Positions 21,308 to 32,103 of a stretch of DNA of 64,000 nucleotides are shown here, piece by piece. Within the stretch, counting starts at the first letter, position 1; every line of letters begins with the position of its first letter. The stretch is taken from assembly GCA_051599415.1 (NCBI GenBank), contig AP039690.1, positions 62,001-126,000 of the forward strand. The letters are read 5' to 3'. This DNA comes from Savitreella phatthalungensis. Taxonomy: Eukaryota. A program made the position numbers and the translations under genes. A model generated the notes under the pieces. It was given only the letters and a program-made list of their open reading frames with translations, was not told the origin of the DNA and made no database searches.

Positions 21308-22351
21308 TTAGACTCGCCTTCGCTTGGCTGCTTTTCTTGCAGCCATTTCCGCGAGCATCTGCTCCTGTTCGAGATCCTCCTTCCTTGCGATCCTCGCAGC
21401 CCTAGCTTCTTCCCTCTCAATCTCACCAGCCCTCGCCTCCATCCCATCGTCTTCGTCTGAATCAATATCCCTAGCAGCATACTTTCTCTTGTCCTTGCCA
21501 AACAATGCCCAGATTTGCTGTGAGATATCCTCAGGATCAGCCTCATCTACTTCCTCCTCATCATCCTCTTCGTCGTCGTCATCATCGTCTTCATCGTCAT
21601 CCACACGCCTTCTCTCGTGCGGTCTCTCCTTCCTCCTCCTGCCGTCATCCACCTTCTTCTTCTGTTCATGTCTACCGTTAGCGACAGCGTTTTCTTTGCC
21701 ACGCTTTTCGTCGATCGTCTCCTTCACTGCCTTCTTCTGCACAAGCACCGGGTCCTGCTTTTTAGGTAGACGTCTTTCCAATGAAGCCTTCGACGGTTCT
21801 CGATCCACCTTTCGACCATGTTCCGACCGCTTCTCAACTATTTTACTCTTGCCGGCGTGCATCGGTGCAGGACTGTCAGCTTTTTGGCTCACTGGATCCT
21901 TCCCCTGTGGAGGTGCTGGCCGTGGAGCATTACCTGCAGGTCTCGAGAGTCTGACGAGTGGTGGATCTTTTGGCTTCTTCGGAATGCTTTCACGTGAGAA
22001 ATAGTTTGTCTGAGTTGCTCTGCTGTGCTTGACACTCGAGGATATCCGCTGCAAGCCGCCAGTCCTCGCTCTCTCCACTCTTCGTTCCTCTGAGGAAGGT
22101 AGTTCTTCCATCTCGCCACGCTCCTTCCTCGCTCTCATATCCTCCTGCTTCTTTAGAGCTTCCCTCTCGCGCTCGACCCACTTCCGACGCGCCTCGTCAG
22201 CTTTCCGGCGAGCTTCGCGTTCCTCAAACAGCCGCTTTGCATCCTCTCGAACCTTCTGCTTCCGCAGTTCTTCCAACCGCGCTTTGTTTTCTGCATCGGC
22301 AGCAGAAGTCTGCTCGAGCAGCGCTTTGTACCCTTGCCGATCGAGACCCAT
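21308..22351 (-). CDS. SPT2: Chromatin protein Spt2
   Basis: C-terminal SPT2 domain ISQQIWALFG...DSDEDDGMEA...IEREEARAARIARKED; N-terminal coiled coil. Confidence 0.88.
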   Translation of the reverse strand: MGLDRQGYKALLEQTSAADAENKARLEELRKQKVREDAKRLFEEREARRKADEARRKWVEREREALKKQEDMRARKERGEMEELPSSEERRVERARTGGLQRISSSVKHSRATQTNYFSRESIPKKPKDPPLVRLSRPAGNAPRPAPPQGKDPVSQKADSPAPMHAGKSKIVEKRSEHGRKVDREPSKASLERRLPKKQDPVLVQKKAVKETIDEKRGKENAVANGRHEQKKKVDDGRRRKERPHERRRVDDDEDDDDDDEEDDEEEVDEADPEDISQQIWALFGKDKRKYAARDIDSDEDDGMEARAGEIEREEARAARIARKEDLEQEQMLAEMAARKAAKRRRV

Positions 22352-22597
22352 CTTGAGGATTCTGTCTAGCCTACCATGACCAGACTCTTAGGCGAGATTC
22401 GATGACGTTTGAATATGTGCTGGATCGTGTTTTCTCGAGCGCGTAGCGGTGTTTATTCTCACGTGAGCATCGTGCATTGATTCATTCTGTGGAAATTCCA
22501 CCTACTCGGAATGCCAAGACTCGAGACTACATATTGCTGATCTGGCATCTTGTAGTCTCGAGAGGCACTCTTTCAGCGCAGGCGCATCAATTCAAGC

Positions 22598-23698
22598 ATG
22601 ACGGTCTCTCCGACCATCGCTGACCTGCCAACCTATGAGCAATCCACCGGCGAAAGCTCACGTCATATCGCTGCATCTCGCGCCCCCTCTGACAAGAAGG
22701 CAAAACAATTTCCCGATGTGGACGATCCTGCACCACACCGCTCTCCGCCCTCTAGACCACGTTCACCGCGTATACAGATCCCGGCTGACCTCGAGTACAC
22801 GCGCAATAGCGATGGCGACATTGTGGTGACTGACAGACGTGCTAATGAGGATCCTGGGTTTCTGAGTGGTGTGCTACGTCACTTCAGCAGCTGCCCTCCG
22901 TCGCTGGAGGTGTCTGTGTCTGGCTCGCGGTGGATTGACGAGTCTGCGGACGGTCCTGACACCACGCCTGGCGACCATATCCGTCGAACCGACCGCCGTA
23001 AGATCAACGACTTCCATTTCACCATCCCACTCACCACCACCCTCCTCATCCAGCGCCAACCACCCTCCCAAAACCCAGACTTCTTCACACACACACCGGA
23101 ATCGAAAACCTTCAGAGGCGGGATGTGGAGACGCCGGTGGAGGTCGTCTGACGATACCGTGCCTGGGGACCAGGAGGGCGGGTTGGGTGACGAGATGGTG
23201 CCGCTGTCGGTGGGTCAGTTGACGGTGCTTCAGTACTTGGGATGCCGTGCGCCGCTCAAGTCGCTCGTTGTGGAGAAGCGGTGGGTGGGATGGAACATTC
23301 GACGACTTCGAGCTGCGATCGAGAGGGTTCTGAGATCGGCACCACTCAACTACCGGCACGAGATTCACGTCCGCCTGACCGCGTCCTCAGATCGGCGTGT
23401 CATCATCAGGCCTGATAATTCACTTACCCGGTTCCACACGAGCGAGCTCGCGCGGTTGTTTAGGTGGGTGTGTTTCCCTGTGGGGTTGGCGTGGACGTTG
23501 TGGTACTGGGTGCTGGGAGGCGGGGCGAGGTGGTCGACGATCGGTGTCAGGTTTTATCTTCACAGAACCGAGCCAGAGGCAGGCATCCCGCTCGATCACT
23601 TCCTAGTCCTCTTCGCTCCACTCATCCTCAATGCGGCACAGGCACGCGTCAACGACGGTAGTCCCCTTACTTGGCCAAACCCATCTACGGCGCTCTAG
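22598..23698 (+). CDS. Hypothetical fungal protein with C-terminal hydrophobic, Trp-rich segment
   Basis: 366-aa ORF; PPSLEVSVSG, DFHFTI, RPDN...FRWVCFPVGLAWTLWYW pattern resembles an uncharacterised fungal family. Confidence 0.75.
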   Translation: MTVSPTIADLPTYEQSTGESSRHIAASRAPSDKKAKQFPDVDDPAPHRSPPSRPRSPRIQIPADLEYTRNSDGDIVVTDRRANEDPGFLSGVLRHFSSCPPSLEVSVSGSRWIDESADGPDTTPGDHIRRTDRRKINDFHFTIPLTTTLLIQRQPPSQNPDFFTHTPESKTFRGGMWRRRWRSSDDTVPGDQEGGLGDEMVPLSVGQLTVLQYLGCRAPLKSLVVEKRWVGWNIRRLRAAIERVLRSAPLNYRHEIHVRLTASSDRRVIIRPDNSLTRFHTSELARLFRWVCFPVGLAWTLWYWVLGGGARWSTIGVRFYLHRTEPEAGIPLDHFLVLFAPLILNAAQARVNDGSPLTWPNPSTAL

Positions 23699-23892
23699 GT
23701 TGTAGTAGCAGGACATGACACGCACAACATACATACACGAACGAATAGACAATGCCAATAGGTAATGAATTTTTGAGCATCGCGCGATCGATGATTTCCT
23801 CTAGCGGTCGAAGTATAAGAGAACGGTCGTGAAAAAGAATCGGTAGGTCATCAGTGTGGTCGTGGGTGGGTTAGCGAGTAGACAGATCCTGG

Positions 23893-24471
23893 TCAGATCA
23901 TCTGAAGATAGTCGTCTGCTGTGAAGCAGTGGAGATGACGAGAAGCCAGCTCGTGCGCGTCCTCGCTCATCCAGTCGCTCGTGCCATCTGCATCGACGGC
24001 GTCGTAAGTCCGGCCGTCGTACTCATTCACCATCGAGTAGAAGGAGGAAGCGATAGACAGACGCTTTTCACTAGCGCTCGACTTGTCGTCGTCATCGGTG
24101 TCGCTGCCAGCGAGGGTGGTTGACATGGCGGTGGTGGTCATGTGTGAGCGGTTTTGGTGTGGACGTGCGGTCTCGTTCGATGACATGGAAGCTGCTGATG
24201 ATGCTGCTGGGGACGAGGGGTTCGTCGAGGTGGAGGATGGAGCTTTGACCGAAAGCGTGCGGATTGTAGCGGCTGAAGCCACACGCTTGACTGTCTTCCT
24301 CATCGCCAGAGCGCCTGCCATTGTCGCAACGTCGTAGCTCGCTTTTGACAAGGCCACTTCGACAGGAGTGTTTCTGCTGGTCGGAGACGCCGGCAGAGAA
24401 GGTGACGAAGAATCTGCAGGCCTGCTGCGCTTCAACGTCATCTTACGAGTCAATCCGCCGAACGATGGCAT
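23893..24471 (-). CDS. Hypothetical Ser-rich protein
   Basis: 192-aa ATG-initiated ORF, low-complexity body, structured-looking C-terminus (HCFTADDYLQMI). Confidence 0.65.
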   Translation of the reverse strand: MPSFGGLTRKMTLKRSRPADSSSPSLPASPTSRNTPVEVALSKASYDVATMAGALAMRKTVKRVASAATIRTLSVKAPSSTSTNPSSPAASSAASMSSNETARPHQNRSHMTTTAMSTTLAGSDTDDDDKSSASEKRLSIASSFYSMVNEYDGRTYDAVDADGTSDWMSEDAHELASRHLHCFTADDYLQMI

Positions 24472-27400
24472 TCTGAGAGTGAATGAGAGATGGTAATCGA
24501 GATAGAGAGTGTTGAAGCGCGATTGACGAGTAGTGAGCGTGGATCTCCAAAGAGAGTGTGTGTTAATGTGCTTGAGTGGGTGAATGAGTGTACTTGTGTC
24601 TAAAGAGTGTCTGTGGAAGAGTGGAAGGACAGTATAGATATGCGCAGATGCGTCGTCTTGAGTGATCGAGCGGCTTAGGTGACCGACTGGATGATTCGGT
24701 CACCTCATGTGATTTCGTCTCTTGGGTGCACGGATCCCCTACTAAAGGTCCAGGCAAGGCAAGGCAACCAAAGACGATTCAAAGCGACACAGGGCAAGGC
24801 AAGGCGTGGCGTGGCGTGGCGTGCATGGAGGATAGATCAGACTCTGCTGCCTGCCGAGTCGTTCGTGCAGGAGAGAGACGGCGACCGTTGACTTTACTCT
24901 ACTATGGTTGTAATTTTGATCGATCATACGCGTTTCAGATCGGTAATTTTGTTGATCTGACTCTGAACGGATCAGAGCAACGTAAAACATTGTGGCAGAG
25001 TGTCAGTCGGGCTTACCAGGTAGATACAAAGGAGTCAAGGGCATTCGTCTTCGTCCTCGTCCTAAACCTCGTATACTTAAACTGTGGTATCCTGGCAGCC
25101 TGAGCAGGATAGAGTAGTTCGTCACCGTTCATTCTTCTCTCAAAGTTTCTGGCCCGCGAGTACTATGGCCTACGGTGGTACTGGAATAACTTTCTCCTGG
25201 TGGTGCTTCAGCATTTACGGATGCCGCTACCGTTGACCTATCAGCGATCGACCCAATTTATGAAACAATTAACCATTGCTACTCAAGCACTGTCGCCAGA
25301 CTGCAAATTCGATCGAATCAATTTACTTTCAATATCTAACCTTAAATGACGACCGGAAATTGGCATGCGGCACGTGGAGATGGGAGAGCCACAAGTATCT
25401 AAAATATGACCTCTATTAGATTGTGAACACGCTCAGCGGGATCTAGATGGAAATTCAGGTACATTATGATTCTGCAGATCAGTCTCGATCCAGATACACA
25501 CGCATAGAGCCTTATTTACCACAGGTGGAATGCACAATCCTGGATCAATTTTAACATTGGATTTGTGCACGCCCAACAGATTGTTGATCATTTCGGTTGG
25601 TTGATTGCCAAGCGAGAAGGCGCTAGATGGACTGGGAGTGACCCTGGCAGTCTTGCTGTTGGGCAAATCTGCCAGTCGCTTGGCTCATGTAGCCTGGCCC
25701 CTTCAATGGGATCCTTAGACTTGGCTTCGTCTTGTGTAAACCAACTGAGACAGCTTTGGCCTTGTACAGATTACGCCGGCGGTATCACTATGTAGCAGTA
25801 CGGATGTGTTAGCCATAGAGCGAGATAGCTAGCCAGGAATCCTTGCATAAGACCTACAGTACCACGGATCCTTCCGTGGTCCCCTTCTGCCGCACCTGGT
25901 CACTTAACCCTGACAACGATCTGGAGCATGCTCGAGCCGTGCACTGGATGATTCAAGCAAGCGAGCAGCGAGTACAGCATTGGTGAATACCTCTCTGTAT
26001 GGAATCATGCCGATGGCAGTGCTGCTGACACGGTTGATGGCGCTCAAGCACGTGATGCCGTCAGATGTACATGATCCTTCAACGAGTCAAATTCACATCT
26101 GCGGTCATAGCGCGCTGAAAGATCTGGTTCCCGTCCGATCACCAAAGATAACCAGCGCAGCGCCGGAATAGTACTGCCGTGGGAGACCAGGTGGGAAGTC
26201 CTGGTACTGCAGTTATTCTTTTTTGTTGTTTTGCCTGCGCATTCGATCTTCATGGCTCTGTCAGAAGGAAACGCATCCGATCTTCATGGCTGTAATGTCA
26301 GAAATTTCGTTTCCTTATCGTCTCAGCGACATCGGCGAGATTGGAGACATGTCCTTAGTGTCTAGTGAGGGTCCTGTCCAAGCGCCAAGATCCCTCTTGT
26401 CTTTCGCCGTCTTTCTACTGCATGCATGGCATGTGGACCTGATTCGATAGCATCGAGCTGACAAAACAATCTGACAGATGTTGATTCATTCACGTGGTGA
26501 CGGTCTTATTGACAGACACTTCAGACTAGCACGAGCGCGTTCTCGAGATAGACACGATCGATAGCAGATCCTATATTCACCTCTCTTGGAAGAGTCCGCT
26601 GGGCACGTCGCCGGTAAAGTTGTCTTCTTTCGAAAATTTCATAAATTTCTGACCGTCATCGTCAGTGACAGTAGCACGGATGAATCCTCGGACCCAGGAG
26701 AGTATTCGGGATTCGAAATCCTGCGAAAATTTGAATTTCACGGCTATGACGCACTTTTCATTCCATTTTGGGACAAAATTGGAGCACGCGATTTCTGCCA
26801 TCGAAATCGTCTATCCTTCGTTAGATTGTCGCAAGAGTTGCCCCTCAGAAGGTCAACTGTACCAAGGTCAGCGACAACGAGATCGATGACAGAGCCCGTG
26901 ATCCAGCTCACACCGTTCTGCGCAGTCATCACCCAAATCTCATCCTTCCGATAGGTTCTCCCGTCGCGCTTGCTTACCAGGGGTTAGAAAGGTGTCCAGC
27001 CTTGTGATGACTTCCGCTTAGCTCCTTTCGGGACCTTAGGATACTCGGGATTTGGGACTCGGAAGAGTGACGCGCCATGTGCGATGAGCAAGGTGACGGC
27101 ATGCCGGAGTGGGGGAAATCAGTGTTTTTCGAATCCTGTATACGAGCTACAACACTACCAGATGCACACTGCAAATCTTGAGATGCATCCTTCACCGAGC
27201 TTCAGTCAGCGTGAGACGACTGCGATTGATCAGATAGGATTCATGTTGTGATCGACAAGGATGCTGTCAACGGCAGCGCGACCACATGTGGGGGCTTAGG
27301 TCGTACAGGCTTTATTTGCCATGCGGACGTAGCGGGTGTGACTTGACATGTGGGAAGGAATGTGTCTGGCAGAATAGCGAGGGGTGACTTCCGGACGAGG

Positions 27401-29309
27401 TCAAAGTAGTAAACATGAGTCTAGCCATGAAAAGCATCGGACTGGCGATAATGCACGCTCGATCGTGATACCATTCATTACACATGGACAAGATTTACAA
27501 GGGCCCATTCTCGCCATGCGGACTTGAAGCTCATTCGTTCGACCGCATTCTCCTCCAAAGCCAAGCTCATGGTTGTTCCTCCCACTGTCCCACTGGAGAG
27601 TGTGGTGACACCCCAGGGCCAGTGTCACCTCGATCATGGGAGGGGTGCTCCATATCGAAGCCTCCACTGGTCGATCATCGGGTAGACAGTGACCAATCAA
27701 GGAGTGGCAGAGATGAATGGTATCTGGGTAAGTGCCGCTAGGCTGTCCTTTATCCGCGGATAGGTGCTCATGCTGCGGACCAGCCGGGTTCTCAGCTATG
27801 GAGGATTCAAGCTCCGTACTAACAACACGCTACTTTATGCCCCGTGACTCATCCAAGCAGATCGTTCTCCTGATATGAACTCGGTGCTCGAGCCACGCGA
27901 TCTCGACCCGCGCTAAATCCAGTTGATTGTGAAGCCTCTTCCAGATATTAATATGAGGATCAGGGGCTCAAAGTAAATGAGACGTCTAGCGGACCGCTCC
28001 TCAGCCGCCGTTGACTTCCTTCAGCTTGACTCGGATCTTGTCGATCAGGCATGTGTAATATCCCTTGATCTTATATCCTCCGAACTGCCCATAGATTGAA
28101 AGAACTGAGATCGAATCCACATCGGCACAGACAACGGGGTAGGGAATCATGCATGCACATGACCTTGGCAAATTAGCCTCTAACAGTCTACCGGTGATTA
28201 GATTCGGATGCAATCGATGTTGAGCTGCTTCGATAACAGAACACAAGAGGAAAGAAAAGCCATTCAAAAAGGGCAGATATGATCTAGGCGACCAGGAGTT
28301 CGCAACATGGCTACCACGCTTGCCATGGTGAATTCATCGTCAGGTACCTTTCTTCATTCGACATTTGTAAACTCTCCTCAAAGCCGAAATCAAGATTTCT
28401 GTTCTGATCGAGGTGGAATCTTGATTTCCCGAAATTCGACATTCGTGGGTTGCTTCAGGCTGACCAGATTACCAAGACTTTGTCAATTCGGTTATCGCCG
28501 TAAGCCTCTTTCATCTACCCTCTCGACAACTTCCCTGAACATTGGAAGACTCCCCGGTCAGTTAGAAAAGTGGCTTCAGCCATAGTCATAAAGCCAGGAC
28601 TAGATTCTTTTTGTAATCCTTTCCAATCACTCTCCTTGTAGACATTTCTGAGCATTCTTCATCAAACACAGATTTCATATCTCCTGAAGGCCAAAATCAA
28701 CAGTTGAACGGGAAGGTTGTCATGGTCTGGCCATCAACAAGTTTGTTCGTTTACTTGGGCATCTTGGCAGGCAAGCGAGCGAGCAAGATGCGACTGTTAG
28801 CCTAATCCAATGCGGGACAATCTTCTCTGCCCGTCAAGGGCGCTCACTTTGCAGCTCAACTGATCCATCAATCCTGACACATGCTAGTACGCAGCCCATA
28901 GCCTATTGCACCATTGCACCGGCCATCATCACTAAGCATCGCTGGCAACTTCGTTCGCGTTGCATTCATCGCGCTGACCCTTTCTTGGCCATCTGTGCCC
29001 AAGACATCCCCACTTGACAAGAGGACACGCATATCTCACATCGCGACACATCATCCTTTTCATCGACCATTCATAAAATCTCTAGCTGGCTTTTCAGCAA
29101 TCATCGAAGCAACACGGCGTTCGATTGTTGGGAGACGTGTTTGATCTAAATTCGCGACTGCGCACAACGAACGTCGCAGATCTTTCAGAGAGCGCCAAGC
29201 CGTGCTAAAGAGCTCGAATCTCGTTTGCGCCTTTCCTTCGCGCCGCCCACTTGAAGGACTAATTGTCCCCAGGCGTCGCGTTCAACTCCGCGAACTCAGA
29301 AGCTCGACA

Positions 29310-30509
29310 ATGGACAAGTCTGTACAGACTCAGAGCGCAGCAAGCGGCCGTCCTTTGCTACGCACACTGATCGTCGATGACAGCTCAACAAACCTGAGGA
29401 TTCTAGACCGGACACTGCGCTTTCATTTCTCCGATCTGATTGCGAGCGACTCCATCAGGCAAGCTTCAGGCGGGCTCGAGGCGCTCGATATCATGGCCAA
29501 GGACAAGTTCGATCTCGTGCTGCTCGACATCGATATGCCAGACATTTCCGGTGTCGAGGTATGCAAGCGCCGCAGGCTAGATCACCTCGATCTACACACA
29601 GTCATCATCGCATGCACAACCTCTATCCTACCGGAATCACAGCTACGATATGCAGCCGCAGACATGGATGGATGCGTGGCAAAGCCCATCAACCTGAAAG
29701 AGCTTCGGACAACGATAGAGCGCGCACGTGATCGCAGAATTCAACACGAGGAGACGGTCGAGGTCAGTACAACAGCACAAGCCGTTGATGCGCTTGCCAA
29801 GGGCTTGGCTGAATTTCGTTTCCATTTCCCAAAGGGAACAAGGTCGAAGAAATCTGGGTCTTCAACTGATGCAGATGCCAGCACAAAAGCCGACCTCATG
29901 TGGATGGATCTCTCGAACCTGTCAGACTTGGCTTCGCCAATGTCAAATCCATCTGACACGAGCTCATCAACCTCCGAACCATCCAGTCGAGCAGAAGACG
30001 GTGCTACTTGCTACTTCACCACTCGGCGCGTTCGGCGGCCATCATATGCCGTCACGTTGCATTCCAGCGATCAGGGCTTATTCACGCCTTTCACAAACCC
30101 GAGTAGCATCTCGAGCCCGAGTTATTCTGGCTCGGAGGCAGCAGAAGATGAACGACGCTTACGCCAACTGTCTATCGGCACAACAGTAACAGATGCCTCG
30201 GACAGCGATCTCCTCGGCGAGGTCCGGTGTACAGGTCGTGCATGTCGCGGGCTCGTCTTCTTGGAAGATGCACCGCACATCCACGGGGTCGAGGACAAGT
30301 TTGGCTGCAGCCGAAAAGCCGATGCCCATTCACAAGCGCATTCGCACTCGCACTCGCACTCACAAACTCCCTGCCATCAACAGCTTTCGAAGTCCGTCGA
30401 CGCTGACGACACGAACCTCTACAGCTCGGCGAGTCCGAGAACTAGGCAACAGAGCACGAATTCCGACTCCACAATATGCCCTCGAGGATCTTCAGCGACA
30501 TCCTTCTAA
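29310..30509 (+). CDS. Stand-alone response regulator: N-terminal receiver domain plus Ser-rich disordered tail
   Basis: LIVDD, DLVLLDIDMPDISG (phospho-acceptor Asp), IIACT and AKP are all present; first ATG 29310. Confidence 0.88.
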   Translation: MDKSVQTQSAASGRPLLRTLIVDDSSTNLRILDRTLRFHFSDLIASDSIRQASGGLEALDIMAKDKFDLVLLDIDMPDISGVEVCKRRRLDHLDLHTVIIACTTSILPESQLRYAAADMDGCVAKPINLKELRTTIERARDRRIQHEETVEVSTTAQAVDALAKGLAEFRFHFPKGTRSKKSGSSTDADASTKADLMWMDLSNLSDLASPMSNPSDTSSSTSEPSSRAEDGATCYFTTRRVRRPSYAVTLHSSDQGLFTPFTNPSSISSPSYSGSEAAEDERRLRQLSIGTTVTDASDSDLLGEVRCTGRACRGLVFLEDAPHIHGVEDKFGCSRKADAHSQAHSHSHSHSQTPCHQQLSKSVDADDTNLYSSASPRTRQQSTNSDSTICPRGSSATSF

Positions 30510-30878
30510 GTAAGCTCTGCAACCCACTTCTTTTTCTTTCTACTCGACACTCTTACTATTCACCACTGCCTTTCTTGATGACCTTATTCTTGACGATCAC
30601 TTCTCCTGGACAATCCGCCTGTCCATTTTAATGTTCAACCCCCAAACTCGACAGAGAACTTTCCACCTTTCCTCTTCTACCACAGACATCAGTCACTTTG
30701 AGAAGCAGCGCAAATTTGGCCCAAGTCTTTGGTGGCCGCCTGCAAACATGAAGATTACCCCTACTCCGGAGGATCGGAAACCGCGATAGCTTGTGGAGTC
30801 CGCCTTGGTTTCCGTTTTGCTAGGTCTCCGTAGCGTATATGTATACCAACCGCCTCGCTCAAAACCCTACATCTGTCT

Positions 30879-31745
30879 CTACCGATCACCCTCAACGACC
30901 TGCTTCAGCCGTGTATATGCCTCCTCGACCTCACCTGGAATGTCGACATGTGCGATGAAATCCTTACCTGCAGGACCGTAGCCATCTTTGTCATCCCGCA
31001 TCCTAGGGATCTCGCCTAGCAAAAGTGAAAGGAATCTATACCCTTCCCAGAGTCCATCAACGTTTCCGTCCACTAATCCCGGAGAGTTCTGATCGTATGC
31101 GACACCTTCCGTCTTCGACGCCACAAGTTGCGGCACAAAGCTTGGGCAACAGATGAACTCTGGCCTCTCATCCTCTAGGTCTCCACTGTACGCCTTCTCG
31201 AAACTTGCTTTCGTCCTTCTTGACATCGTCGGGTCCTGGACGATGACGAGTTGCTTGGTTGTCGGGATGGACAGCTGTTTCAGCACTTTGCGTGTCTCGA
31301 AAGCATTTGCGCCGCAGTTTGTCGACTTGTCCTCCACAACAACCCGAACTCCAGTTCGTTCAACGACGGCGTCCAAATCGAAGCACTTCCTGCCGATCTC
31401 GTACAGCACCTGTGACTCGGCAGCAGGCATCTCGACCTCTTCCAGCACGCCAGCATACTCCGGACGCGCCTTGACTGCCGTGTACAGGAGCTCCGTCGAG
31501 TGGCCGATCCCGCCGCAAATCACTAGCGTCTTGAACACGGGCGTCCCGCCTATGGGCACACCTTGCAAGGAACGGAAGACGTGCTCCGCACACTGCAGGA
31601 TCGCGCTACCACACAGCACCAAGCAGTCCACAGGCGTCTCCGACCTTAGGTCCATAAGCGAACTGACTTCAGCATTGCTGACGAACGCCGCAATCACATT
31701 TGCATCCTCCACCTGTGCAGCATTGAGGATGAATTCAGAAACCAT
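30879..31745 (-). CDS. YdcF/DUF218-family protein
   Basis: CLVLCGS, CGGIGHSTELL, EDKSTNCGANA, VQDPTMSRR, LGEIPRMRDDKDGYGPAGKDFIAHVDIP. Confidence 0.9.
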   Translation of the reverse strand: MVSEFILNAAQVEDANVIAAFVSNAEVSSLMDLRSETPVDCLVLCGSAILQCAEHVFRSLQGVPIGGTPVFKTLVICGGIGHSTELLYTAVKARPEYAGVLEEVEMPAAESQVLYEIGRKCFDLDAVVERTGVRVVVEDKSTNCGANAFETRKVLKQLSIPTTKQLVIVQDPTMSRRTKASFEKAYSGDLEDERPEFICCPSFVPQLVASKTEGVAYDQNSPGLVDGNVDGLWEGYRFLSLLLGEIPRMRDDKDGYGPAGKDFIAHVDIPGEVEEAYTRLKQVVEGDR

Positions 31746-32103
31746 CGTACGTGTGGGATATCGTCGTTTAGAAAGGGACAGAGTGATATAGGGGAGTTTG
31801 AGAGGTACAAATACAAGATGCGATGTCAGCCGGCTTTAAGGCGGGACAGGCTGGCTGTGTCCCTGACTGTGCACCTGTAGCGAGGACATCCTTAAAGTGT
31901 GTCTTCAGTCACCAGTCACGTGATCCTTCCATATCATCTACTCCACAGCCAAGATCGATCAATCTCAAATCAACAAGATCCAAGGAATATCAGCATCATC
32001 CCACAAAGTCGCTCAACAAGCACATCCTCCGTACCCTTCATCCTCAACGACATCTTCTCTCTGGCTTTGTTGACGCAATTGGCAGTCTCGCAGCTTTCAA
32101 GTC

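Noticed and set aside
25900..26470. TAACCCTGA near 25905 plus a TTGTTTTG/CAAAACAA pair as a telomerase RNA template and pseudoknot
   Set aside because: The template mismatches the expected TAACCCTAA, the pairing is only 8 bp of low complexity, and no other TER domain was recognised.
26577..26954. Short overlapping ORFs in the large intergenic region (also 11076-11596)
   Set aside because: No recognisable domain, several non-ATG starts and no splice model joining them.
27280..27300. ACATGTGGGGGCTTAG resembling RNase MRP CR-V
   Set aside because: No matching CR-I (GAAAGTCCCC) at a plausible distance.
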